From: Heterodontus francisci
Taxonomy: Eukaryota
DNA length: 64,000 bases
Assembly (NCBI RefSeq): GCF_036365525.1
Contig: NC_090383.1
Location: 12,451,384 to 12,515,383, forward strand
Direction: 5' to 3'
The notes under the pieces are model-generated. The model worked only from the letters and a program-made list of their open reading frames with translations, searched no databases and was not told the DNA's origin. Positions 50,090 to 61,113 of this stretch are shown here, piece by piece (the stretch's first letter is position 1; each line of letters opens with the position of its first letter). The translations under genes were made by a program, and so were the position numbers.

Positions 50090-50880
50090 TGGGCGGCCCG
50101 GACCGCAGATAGCCACGTTGACATGATTGACAGGTAGAACTTACCAATCAGGAAAAGGTGAGAGAGATCGCGGACCAATGGGGGCGGTGGGTGGGTCTTG
50201 CAGCAGAGCCTGCGGCTGGCGGTGAGGTTGATGTTGTAATCGAAGCTGGCGCTGTCGAGGTGGTCTATGTTTGTTCTTACTCTCCACTCTGTCGTTGTCG
50301 TCGAAGAAGTCGGATTGATGATTTGCTTAAGGTATGTTACACGTTGGCGGCTGTGAGTGGAGGCCGCTCTCTCCGAGCCGGCAGGGATGCTTGTGCCGTT
50401 GTCGTCGCCTCCGCTGAATGCCGGGCTGCACTGCGGAGTGAACCGGTTCCAGGCGGTTTGGATTTTTCGGTTAGACCTGGCGCGTGATTTTTTTTTGGGG
50501 GGGGGGGGGGGGGATGTGGGGAGAGGAGTGGGCAAGGGGGGAGAGAAGTGGAGGAGTGGGGGGTGGTAAAGCTTCCTCCACATCGACAAGCGCAGGCGGC
50601 ATCGTGTTGAACAGCCGGCTTTGAATAAGTGGGCTGGGAAGTATGTACAAATCAACCCCTTTTCGATTAAGGTGGATTTTGTTGAGGGTCGTCGTCCGAC
50701 CGCATTTCGCCACGAAAGTTGTTTTTTCGACTCCGTTTCTCCCCCCTGCTCCTCCTCCCCCAGTGTGGGCGAGGCAGTACTTGTGCTTTAATTTTTGTTT
50801 TGCAAATTTGTACCAAGACAGAACCGACCTGTAGTTTACATCCATGTAATGCTATTAACCGCCCTCGCAGCGTTTCCAAA
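50090..50880. promoter_or_regulatory. CpG-rich promoter, probably bidirectional
   Basis: High CpG density in non-repeat sequence; CCAAT at 50144-50148 and 50175-50179, GC box GGGGCGG near 50181-50187; + donor at 50331 and - donor at 50145. Confidence 0.75.
50200..50331 (+). other. Putative first (5' UTR) exon of unidentified gene; start approximate
   Basis: Downstream of CCAAT/GC boxes; strong donor AAG|GTATGT. Confidence 0.6.
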
Positions 50881-50987
50881 ATATGTATTTTTTTTTTCAA
50901 TGAGGTTTTACAGTGGTGTGCGAGCAAACAATAATTGTATCAGGAGAAAGATCCGCCAAAGATCTGACCAGCGCTGTCAATTCTTGA

Positions 50988-51084
50988 AATAAAAACAAGA
51001 AATGCTGGAAATACTCAGCAGGTCTGGCAGCATCTGTGCAGAGAGAAGCAGAGTTAATGTTTCAGGTCAAAGACCCTTTCTTCA
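50988..51084 (-). mobile_element. 97-bp Penelope-type short insert with hammerhead core
   Basis: Flanked by 12-bp direct repeat GTCAATTCTTGA; minus strand CTGAAGA-AAGGGTC-TTT-GACCT-GAAAC. Confidence 0.8.
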
Positions 51085-51119
51085 GTCAATTCTTGAGACA
51101 GTCTTGAGCTGTATTCATT

Positions 51120-51650
51120 TCTTTCTTCTTTGGCCTCCTTATCTCGAGAGACAATGGGTAAGCGCCTAGAGGTGGTCAGTGGTTTGTGGAGCAGCACCTG
51201 GAGTGGCTATAAAGGCCAATTCTACAGTGACAGGTGCTGCAGAAAAATTTGTTTGTCGGGGCTGTTTCACAGTTGGCTCTCCCCTTGCACCTCTGTCTTT
51301 TTTCCTGCCAACTGCGAAGTCTCTTCGACTCGCCACGACTTTAGCCCCACCTTTATGGCTGCCCGCCAGTTCTGGCGATCGCTGGCAACTGACTCCCACG
51401 ACTTGTGATCAGTGTCACAGGACTTCATGTCGCGTTTGCAGACGTCTTTAAAGCAGAGACATGGACGGCCGGTGGGTCTGATACCAGTGGCGAGCTCGCT
51501 GTACAATGTGTCTTTGGGGATCCTGCCATCTTCCATGCGGCTCACATGGCCAAGCCATCTCAAGCGCCGCTGACTCAGTAGTGTGTATAAGCTGGGGATG
51601 TTGGCCGCCTCGGGGACTTCTGTGTTGGAGATACGGTCCTGCCACCTGAT
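51120..51650 (-). mobile_element. RTE-clade LINE 3' fragment
   Basis: WQDRISNTEV...QRRLRWLGHVSRMEDGRIPK; (GAA)n-like tail; highly similar to 53348-54576. Confidence 0.92.
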
Positions 51651-51834
51651 TCTTTTAATGTTAGAAAAATGACCCCCAGAGCACTTACACTGAAACATGT
51701 CAAATGTTTTAAAGAAGGAAGGTGTGAGTAGAGGTGTTCAGTCAGAGGGGTGGCTTTAATGCATGTACGGAGGCAGAGGGGTTTCAGAAAGGAATTGCTG
51801 AATGTGGGACATAGGCAGCTAAAAGCACAACAGG

Positions 51835-53110
51835 GACATAAGTAGGAGCAGATGCCTTGTGTCTGCCTGCTCCCATGTCGCTTGATACCCTGAGACCAAA
51901 AATCTATCTCAGACTTAAATATACTCAACGATGGAGCACCAAAACTCTAAGGTAGAGAATTCTAAAGATTCCTCAGTGAAGAAATTTCTCATCTCAGTCC
52001 TAAATGATTGACCCATTATCCTGAAATTGCCCCCAACTTCTAGATTCCCTAGCCAGGGGAAACTGCCTCTTAGTGGCTACCCTGTCAAGCCCCTTCAGAA
52101 CCATGTATGCTTCAATGTGTTCATCTCTTATTCTAAACTCCAGAGATTATAGGCCCAATTTACTCAGCCTCTCATCAGATGACCCGCTTATCCCAATAAC
52201 AAATCTGCAGGAAGGTATTTGTATCGTGCTTTCATGTAATAAAATGTTTCAAGATGCTTCACAGGAACATTATAAAACAAAATATGACACTGAGCCACAT
52301 GACACAGAATGGAGAGTTCTGAGGATGGTGCTGTTTTAATACCGGAGAAAGCTGTAGAGGTTGTTAAACTCGGGATTAAAATTTCAAATTTGGAGGACTG
52401 GAGCCATTGCAGCTCATTGATGAGGGTGGCGGACGGGCTGGCTGTCGCAGGCTCGGAAATGGGGCAGATTTTGCTACCTGCTGAAGTTTATGGGGGATGG
52501 TAGATGAGTGATTGACCAGGAGACTTTAGAATAATCAAGCTTAAGAGGTGACAAGTGCATGGATAACGGTTTCAGCAGCAGATGGGCTGAGTTAAGGGGG
52601 ATGGTAGATGATGATTTTTGTGATGGAGAGGATATGAATTTGGAAGCCCAGCTTGGAGTCTGATCAGATGCCAAGGTTGCAAACAGATCCAGAATTCACA
52701 GCAAGGGCCGAAGACAATGGCTGTGGTCTTCCGGCTGTTTTGCAAGACGGTATTGTGGATCGTCCAAGACTGGATGTCATGCACAGACGAACAGCACTGA
52801 GTTATGGGAAAGATTGAGAGGTGGTTGAGAGGGAGTTTAAAAGTAAAGGTTTAAATGTGGAAGCTGATTTCTTGTCGCTAGATGGTGTTGCCAAGGACAA
52901 GGAAGAGGAGGAATCCAAAGAAGGATCTTTGGTGAGTGGGTGGGAAGAGAAGCCATTGGTAAAGATACTCTGGCTATGATCAGATGGGTAAAAGTGGAGC
53001 CAGCCAAGGGATGTCCCACAGAACTTAACAGAAGGGAGGTATTGAAGGTCATTTGGGTGGTTGGCTGTCCAAAGCTGTGGAGGGATAATGCTCTGTGATT
53101 GTAGTCAAAA
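51835..53110 (-). mobile_element. Decayed CR1 3' end (about 51835-52205) and decayed L2 (about 52210-53110)
   Basis: SIFKSEID motif and CR1 3' UTR; KTTAIVFGP, LKLDYS L2 motifs. Confidence 0.7.
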
Positions 53111-53347
53111 AACTTGTTTGGACTTTGGTAAAGTTTGATCATTGTAATTAGACTATTGGTTGGAGAATAAGATGTTCTTCTGTGAAGAGTAATCAGAATA
53201 TTCTAATCTGGTAAGTGTTGAAACAATCCAGGTATTAGTTTTATAATTTTCATTAATAGAGAATTGCTTTACTCTTAATCCCATCTTTCTTTCCCTCTAT
53301 TTTGCTTTCTGTTCATGATTTTACATTGAATTATTATTCTAACTTAT

Positions 53348-54576
53348 CTCTTCTTTGGCCTCCTTATCTCGAGAGACAATGGATAAGTGCCTGGAGGTGG
53401 TCAGTGGTTTGTGAAGCAGCGCCTGGAGTGGCTATAAAGGCCAATTCTAGAGTGACTGGCTCTTCCACAGGTGCTGCAGAGAAATTTGTTTGTCGGGGCT
53501 GTTTCACAGTTGGCTCTCCCCTTGCGCCTGTCTTTTTTCCTGCCAACTACTAAGTCTCTTCGACTCGCCACACTTTAACCCCGTCTTTATGGCTGCCTGC
53601 CAGTTCTGGCGAACGCTGGCAACTGACTCCCACGACTTGTGAGCAATGTCACAGGATTTCATGTCACGTTTGCAGACGTCTTTAAAGCGGAGACATGGAC
53701 GGCCGGTGGGTCTGATACCAGTGGCGAGCTCGCTGTACAATGTGTCTTTGGGGATCCTGCCATCTTCCATGCGGCTCACATGGCCAAGCCATCCCAAGCG
53801 CTGCTGACTCAGTAGTGTGTATAAGCTGGGGATGTTGGCCGCCTCAAGGACTTCGGTGTTGGAGATACGGTCCTGCCACCAGATGCCAAGTATTCTCCGG
53901 AGGCAGCGAAGATGGAATGAATTGAGACGTCGCTCTTGGCTGACTTTCGTTGTCCAGGCCTCGCTGCCAAAGAGCAAGGTACTGAGGACACAGGCCTGAT
54001 ACACTCGGACTTTTGTGTTCCGTGTCAGTGCGCCATTTTCCCACACTCTCTTGGCCAGTCTGGACATAGCAGTGGAAGCCTTTCCCATGCACTAGTTAAT
54101 TTCTGCATCTAGGGACAGGTTACTGGTGAACTCTTGAACCACTTCCAGAGCGTGGTCGCCAATATTGATGGATGGAGCATTTCTGACGTCCTGCCCCATG
54201 ATGTTCGTTTTCTTGAGGCTGGTGGTTAGGCCAAATTCATTGCAGGCAGCCGCAAACCTGTCGATGAGATTCTGCAGGCACTCTTCAGTGTGAGATGTTA
54301 AAGCAGCATCGTCAGCAAAGAGGAGTTCCCTGATGAGGACTTTCCGTACTTTGGACTTCGCTCTTGGACGGGCGAGGTTGAACAACCTGTCCCCTGATCT
54401 TGTGTGGAGGAATATTCCTTCTTCAGAGGACTTGAACGCATGTGAAAGCAGCAGGGAGAAGAAAATCCCAAAAAGTGTGGGTGCGAGAACACAGCCCTGT
54501 TTCACGCCACTCAGGATAGGAAAGGGCTCTGATGAGCCACCATGTTGAATTGTGCCTTTCATATTGTCATGGGATG
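53348..54576 (-). mobile_element. RTE-clade LINE, 5'-truncated, relatively young
   Basis: SGVKQGCVLAPTLF, LLFADDAAL, VYQACVLSTLLFGSEAW; perfect 12-bp TSD ATTCTAACTTAT (53336-53347, 54577-54588). Confidence 0.95.
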
Positions 54577-55173
54577 ATTCTAACTTATACATCCTGACTT
54601 AAATGCCATGTCCCAGTGGGGATTCTTCAGTCTGATTGGTTGAGGAGGCACGCTACTGTTTGTCTGTTCACACAGTCCCAGAACCCTGTAGAGCGTGCCA
54701 CACTGTATTGGACGCCTAATGACTCAATTGACTCTCAAAAGCCTACAAAAAGTCTTTGGCCTGCCATAAGGGTAATGTACAGACGGTAGCTCAATAGCCA
54801 CTGACTTCAAGATCTGGGCTAATTGATATTTTCTATAAGGCATGGCAAAAGAGCATGTATGATGGGAGTCACCCTCAACTTTGCAATAAGTTAAGATCCT
54901 GTGTACCTGGGCGTTAGTTATTTTTGTAGAAATACTGTTGTTGAGCTCTGATTGCAAATGATCCTTTTCATGACACGATTGGCCGAACAGCAGCCTTCTG
55001 CGCTGTAACAATTCTGTGATCTGTGTGAATGAGCAGAATTCCCACTTATGCATTGTCAAGTAGGATGCAAATGCAACTCTGTGTCTTAACAAAATTGAGT
55101 GATACTGCAGGACATAAAATTATTTTAAAATGCCACAGTTAATAAACTTTTTAATTTGCTTTTTTTAATGCAG

Positions 55174-55244
55174 GCCTGGAGGTTTGAGAGCAGTAAGCGG
55201 AGATAACGACCCAGCATGACGTTACAGAGATTCAGTTGTGTGCA
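55174..55244 (+). other. Putative exon 2 of + strand gene with ATG at 55216 (MTLQRFSCV-; start codon or uORF)
   Basis: Acceptor ttgcttttttttaatgcag|, donor CA|GTAAGT, non-repetitive. Confidence 0.6.
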
Positions 55245-56287
55245 GTAAGTGTCTAATGCTTCTATATACTGTCTAGTTGCAAAGCATACTTTGTTTCATT
55301 AAGGTGCGTGCAGACTGAAACTATTGGTGATTCAACCAGGCAACGCCCTGTTTACACTGCTTGGCTGAAACTTCAATTCTGCCAATGAGAGCGCTATGTA
55401 CATGTATATTTTATGCATTTGCTCAAGCTCCTCTTTCAGCAGTTACATTTTAAATGTTTATACAGTTTAGATCAGGTAGGTTTAAGAATTATCCAGAGAC
55501 TCGAGGCACCTGAGGATCTACACAGTGGTTTACATAACATATGAAATTACACTCCATGTGGTATCCAACCAAAGGATGTGGGCACAGCTCCAGGTACAGC
55601 ATGCACTAAAGTTAACAAGTATATACTTACACAATTTCCATCAAACATTTTTTCATAACCAATTACTTGAGCTATTTCCCTTTGACTTCTGATGTAGAAT
55701 ATATAGTTTTTGATATGAACAAATGTACACTGTTTTCAAGGAAGTGCGCTTACAGGATGGAATTGATGTAGTGAGGATACATCCATTGTACTCCTTGTGC
55801 ATTTCTGCTCATGTGTTTACTGAAGTGTGTAAGATTTGTGTTAGCATTTGAACCGTGCAAATATTATCCAGCATTCGCCAGCAACTTGGTACGTACTTAA
55901 AATGTTCCTTGAAAATATTAAGTGCTTATGTAAAGTTTTGGAGTTGTGTTTTACCTTACTGCTGCAGTTTTCCATCTTGTGATGTAGATGTGGCTTCATT
56001 CTTTGGTGCCTATGTGGGAGGGTGAAGTAGAAGGGCAAATCATCAATGGGTGATCTTGTACACTTTAGTAGACAGTTGCAACGTAACTTTGCCCTGTCCT
56101 GTCATGTCGTTCGGGCCCATCACATACTACACTCAAGCGATTGCTCTATTGCAACACCAATGGCCCTTGATTATCGCAACAAACTAAAGTCGGCTGCGTG
56201 TAGTCGGGATGAATTTCCTTATCTGGGGCAAGTACATGCCATTTACCGTGGTTACTCACAGTAAACTGGTTAAAACTTGCATCTAGC

Positions 56288-56740
56288 AAATGCTGGAAAT
56301 ATGAAACATAAACAGAAAATGCTGGAAATACTTAGCAGGTCTGGCAGCATCAGTGGGAGAGAGAAGCAGAGTTAATGTTTCAGGTTGATGGCCTTTCATC
56401 AGAACTGGCAAAGGTTAGCAGTGTAATAGGTTTTGAGCAAGTGAAAGCGGGAGGGGGAAAGAAGAACAAAAGGAAGGTCACTAATAGAATGGAGGGCAGG
56501 CGACATGAAATCTTTTGTCTATTAATGGTGTACAGCCAAGTAAAGAAATGTCTAGGTGTGGTGCACATGATGGGCATAGCTGTCCAAACGCAAAGTCGAG
56601 ACATTAAGTAAGAAACGGTGGGTGGGGGGGGGGGGGGGGGGGGAGGGGGAACAAACCTGCATTTTAAAAAAAAAGGAGAAATTGGGGTCAGAGGTTATGA
56701 TCTAAAATGATTGAACTCATGTTGAGTCCGGAAGACTGTT
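56288..56740 (-). mobile_element. Penelope-like element 3' fragment with hammerhead core (56369-56408)
   Basis: Minus strand AGTT-CTGATGA-AAGGCC-ATC-AACCT-GAAAC-ATT-AACT; partial tandem repeat of aaatgctggaaata; same short repeat as other copies. Confidence 0.7.
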
Positions 56741-57839
56741 CCTATGAGAGTATTATCTTCTGACTACCTGAAGGTTTAGTATTAACAGATTATTTGTTGC
56801 TGATGTACTTCATGAAATATTTTTTAAAAGTTGTATATATTTTGAAAGCTCAAACTATAACTGTATTGCAGTGGCACTGAAGTGCAAGCATGGAAAGACA
56901 GAAATAACTCTGAATAGGTCACCAGCATTTGCTTTATGGCACCCAAATATAGATTCAGTACTTTATATCTGCCAACCTCATTTTGGCAATGATATTACAA
57001 TACGTTGTCTTTGTACAGGTGGTGGTACTTTACTGCAGTTTGAATCATAACTTCACACAGACTATGGTTACGAGGCAGTTTTGAAGTTTTATTTTCTCAG
57101 CTGTAGTAAGCGAAAAGCTTGGATCGCTTTGTAAGTATCTGAAAAGGTTTGAGTTAAGGCACTGGGTGGTGGGACTTGCATTAGCTATTACAATATTCGA
57201 GCATTGCAGTGCAAACTGTATAGAGAATTTCTTTTACATGCTTACTGAGAAGTATTGGAATTTTTCTTTAAAAATTGTGGAGATTTTCAACAGATGGAAC
57301 TGTTCTTTATTGATTTTAGAAAGATAAATTGGAGATTTGATTAGCAATTGACTGCTGCATAATTAATAATCATGAAGTTACTTCTGTTTCCTATAGTAAG
57401 CTTTTTATATATTGTAACTGTGACTTTCTAGGTGGTGAGAGTATTGCATTGCTTGGCCATAGGCCAACAGCCACAAAAGATTTTGGTGACCTACTATTAA
57501 ACCCAGCAATGTCACTTAAGTTAATGTTACATGATGCATTAATGTGCTGAGTGGGAGAAACTTGGCCTCAACTTGACACTTCTCAGCAGCACAGCTGAGA
57601 TCAAAAGTTAGTGCTGTGACAAACTGAACTCAACCCCCATCTCCCTGTTGAAGTGATTGGGGTGGGGCGGGGGGGGGGGGAGACTTCGGATGTGTTTATA
57701 GAGGACTTTGCAACTTGATTAGACATTGGGTTCTGGAATCTTTTGCAAACACTGTAAATGTTTGTTCTGTAAACAGTGGTTTTCCCACTTTAATTTAATA
57801 CCGTTTTAACAATTCCGTTAACTTGTGTTTTTACTCTAG

Positions 57840-57928
57840 GTAACATCAGCCATTCAATAGTGCCTCGGCGTTGACGAGCATGTTCACTTCTCGGGTCACT
57901 TTCAAAATAAAGGGAGTTACACTTCCAG
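57840..57928 (+). other. Candidate exon 3 of + strand gene (contains ATG: MFTSRVTFKIKGVTLP-)
   Basis: Acceptor ttgtgtttttactctag|, donor CAG|GTATTC; CpG-retaining island in AT-rich intron. Confidence 0.35.
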
Positions 57929-58307
57929 GTATTCTACAAAGGTTTAAAAGATATATTGAGAATATTCCACAGCAACTTGCAAAAGTAGAAGTAGTCTATG
58001 CAATTCCTGAGTGAAATCATTAATGAGGCTACAGATCTCCATCACAAAGGAAATAAATGCCACATTCAGCAATTTCTCGTGCAGTATTAGATTTGCACAT
58101 TTGTTCCAGTTTTCTGTCATTCTTGCATTTTTTTTACCAGTTTAATCTTGAATTATTATGACTGATTTGTGTAGAGGGAAATTAATGCAACATCAGTTAC
58201 TTTGGGTGTAGCTGCATGCTTGTTTATGATTGAGATTAAGAGCATGTTTCTGAAGTATCCCCACCCCCACCATTGCTTGTGGATCGCAGGAAAGTAGCAC
58301 TGGCCAA

Positions 58308-58405
58308 CCGAAGAAGGGTCACTGACCCGAAACGTTAACTCTGCTTCTCTTTTCACAGATGCTGCCAGACCTGCTGAGTGGTTCCAGCATTTCTTGTTTT
58401 TATTA
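58308..58405 (+). mobile_element. 98-bp Penelope-type short insert with hammerhead-like core
   Basis: Flanked by TAGCACTGGC(C/G)AA; CCGAAGA-AGGGTC-ACT-GACCC-GAAAC-GTTAAC. Confidence 0.8.
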
Positions 58406-59332
58406 TAGCACTGGCGAATTGTTAGTTTGTGTGTGTAATAAATCTGGTACAAGGCAACTGTTTGTCATAGTGTTCTTGGTCCCACTTTCCTTTAAATAAT
58501 ATTCATCGGAAAAGTTCCCCCCCCCCCCCCCCCCCCTTTGCTCCAGTATTGCCATTCCTGATCATTGTTTCTGTTTTTTTCTTAAATGTATGCAAAAACA
58601 TTAAATTTTTTCAGGATAAATCATGGTTACCTATGTTTATTTTAACAGACGGTACTTTTGTGATGGCATTGCAAAAATAATTTTTTTTTGGCCCAGATGT
58701 TCATTTAAATAACTACTTTTTGTCTAAACAGTGGAGTTTAATTTTGGTCTTTTTCTTTGTGGAATGAGTGTTGAATTCTTAAGCTCTGCATTGCAGGTGA
58801 AGATGCTTGATAATGACAGTGATTGTATGAAGTCACTCAGTTCAATGCATTTGATTATTAACAGATTTGTGCAGCAGCATTGCTGGACTACCAGTCAATG
58901 ACAAAAGCCAATTTAGATAGCCTTAACATAGACAATATTTTCAAGTTGGCCACTGGCATGCTTGTGTACATGTTATGAAATTTACTGACCATGGTTTGAG
59001 TAAAGTGCTTTTGTCTTGCAAACTGACTGCTTACAGGCAAGGATATATTTCAAAGGGTTTTACAAATATTGAATCTGATACTTTGCGCTAGTTAGTTATG
59101 GTTTTGACATAATTGCAACAGTTACAGTTCTATGAGCAGAACACTTAGATTGTTCTCGAAGACTATCCAGTAAGGACCAAACAGCCATTCCACTTTCAAG
59201 AAGTGTATGTCTTTTTTTTAAGAAAACTTTGCGAAGAAAGCCAATCACAAACTCAACAGACACCTTTAAACCTTAAAGGTAAAAGCACTAGCTTGTATAT
59301 TTGTTCCAAAAATTGGGAATGGATGAATTTTT

Positions 59333-60100
59333 AATGTGGCAAGTAACATTCGTGCCATATAACTGCCAGGCAATGACCATCTCAAACAAGAAAATCTAAT
59401 CATCTCCCCTTGACATTCAATGGCATTACCATCACTAAATCCCCCACTATCAACATCCTGGTGGTCACCATTGACCAGAAACTGGACTGGACCAGCCACA
59501 TAAATGCTGTGGCTACAAGAGCAGGTCAGAGACTGGGAATTCAGTGGCGAGTAACTCGCCTCCTGTCTCCCCAAAGCTTGTTGACTCTCCACAAGGCACA
59601 AATCAGGAGTGTGATGGAATATTCTCTACTTGCCTGGATAGGTGCAGCTCCAACAACTCTCAACACCATCCAGGACAAAGCAGCTCTCTTCATTGGCATC
59701 CCATCCACCACCTTCAACATTCACTCCCTCCACCACCGACACACACTGGCAGCAGTGTGTACCATATACAAGATGCACTGCAGCAACTCGGCAAGGCTCC
59801 TTCAACAGCACCTTCCAAACCTCTACCACCTAAAAAGACAAGGGCAGCAGTTGCGTGGGACCACCACCACCACCTGCAAGTTACCCTCCAAATCACGCAC
59901 CATCCTGACTTGGAACTATATCGCCCTTCACTGTCGCTGGGTCAAAATCCTGAAACTCCCTTCCTAACAGCACAGTTTGTGTACCTACACCCCAAGAACT
60001 GCAACGGTTCAAGAAGGCAGCTCACCACCACTTTCTCAAAGGCAATAAATGCTGGCCTAGCCAGTGACGCCCACATCCCACGAAAGAATTTTTAAAAAAA
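59333..60100 (+). mobile_element. LINE family X 3' fragment
   Basis: TIDQKLDWTSHI, KAQIRSVMEYSLLAW; poly-A-like end. Confidence 0.9.
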
Positions 60101-60801
60101 GTAGGCAGGTTATAGCAAATGGCCTCTTGCAGCTAAATTCCCACATTGTGCAAATACGTAATGCATTTTTATAATTTTTTTTAAAACTTCAATGCAATGT
60201 TAATTCTAGGATGGTGCACTCAACATCAAAAAGTTTGTAATATAATTCACATAATACATTTTTAGTTTTCAGTTTCATCCATTTCCAGTTCCACACTTGA
60301 GACATTGATATACCCACAGTCCATGAGACCCTCTCAGAGAAGAATTTTAGTCCCTTTGACATTTTGTTCTCTTGCAGTGCCCCCCGCCACCCCCCCCCCC
60401 CCCCGGTTGGCATACCAATTCTTGTTTGTACTTGAGTAAATGCCTCCTGCAGTCCTGCAGATCAGGAGCATTTTCTTGTTTTTGCTGTATTCAATAATTA
60501 GCTTAAAATAAACTTCCAGTTGTTCAAGAGAACATCTTTGGTATCATGAACTCAAGCACTTCTGTGTTTGTTGGAAGATACAGAAAAATAAATAGCTGGT
60601 ATTAAGCAGTGTAGGGGTACTAAGAGATGCTGGCTTTTCCCCCTTACAAGGTGCCAAATCATCTTGTCTGGGGGTTTAAGCAATTTAAAATGAAGAGAAT
60701 TATTTTCTAGGGGGAGTTTGAAGTGTACAAGCAATGTATTTGAGCAGCTTAGTTTGAAGGTGTTATTTCTTGGGTTGTAGCAATGGTTTGTCAGCCTAGG
60801 A

Positions 60802-61113
60802 CAGGGTTAGCAACCTGTGGTTCATTGAGGACTTGTGTGACTCACGCCTTGATTGATAAAGCGTGTTTTTGAACCTGTCCAGGTATTGAACTACTTTCCA
60901 AAGAAATCCAACAGCAGAAATCACATTAAAGTAGAAGTTGCTTTTTTCATTTCCTACTTTTTACATCCAACTTATTTATGCAATTATAAATAAGCCCGTC
61001 TTTCATGTTTTTCATTATTGGCATTTGAGTAACGGTATGGCAGCTCTTAAGATATTGCGTTTTTGACTAAATTTAAAAATGGGTGGTCTTGTTATTAAGG
61101 TTGCTGACCCCTG
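60802..61113. mobile_element. Old hAT (Charlie-like) MITE
   Basis: TIRs CAGGGTTAGCAACCT / AGGTTGCTGACCCCTG; degenerate 8-bp TSD GCCTAGGA / GTCTAGGG with CTAG core. Confidence 0.7.

Noticed and set aside
50032-50655. 207-aa minus ORF and other ORFs in the CpG island
   Set aside because: GC-rich and poly-G driven open frames, no domain, non-ATG starts.
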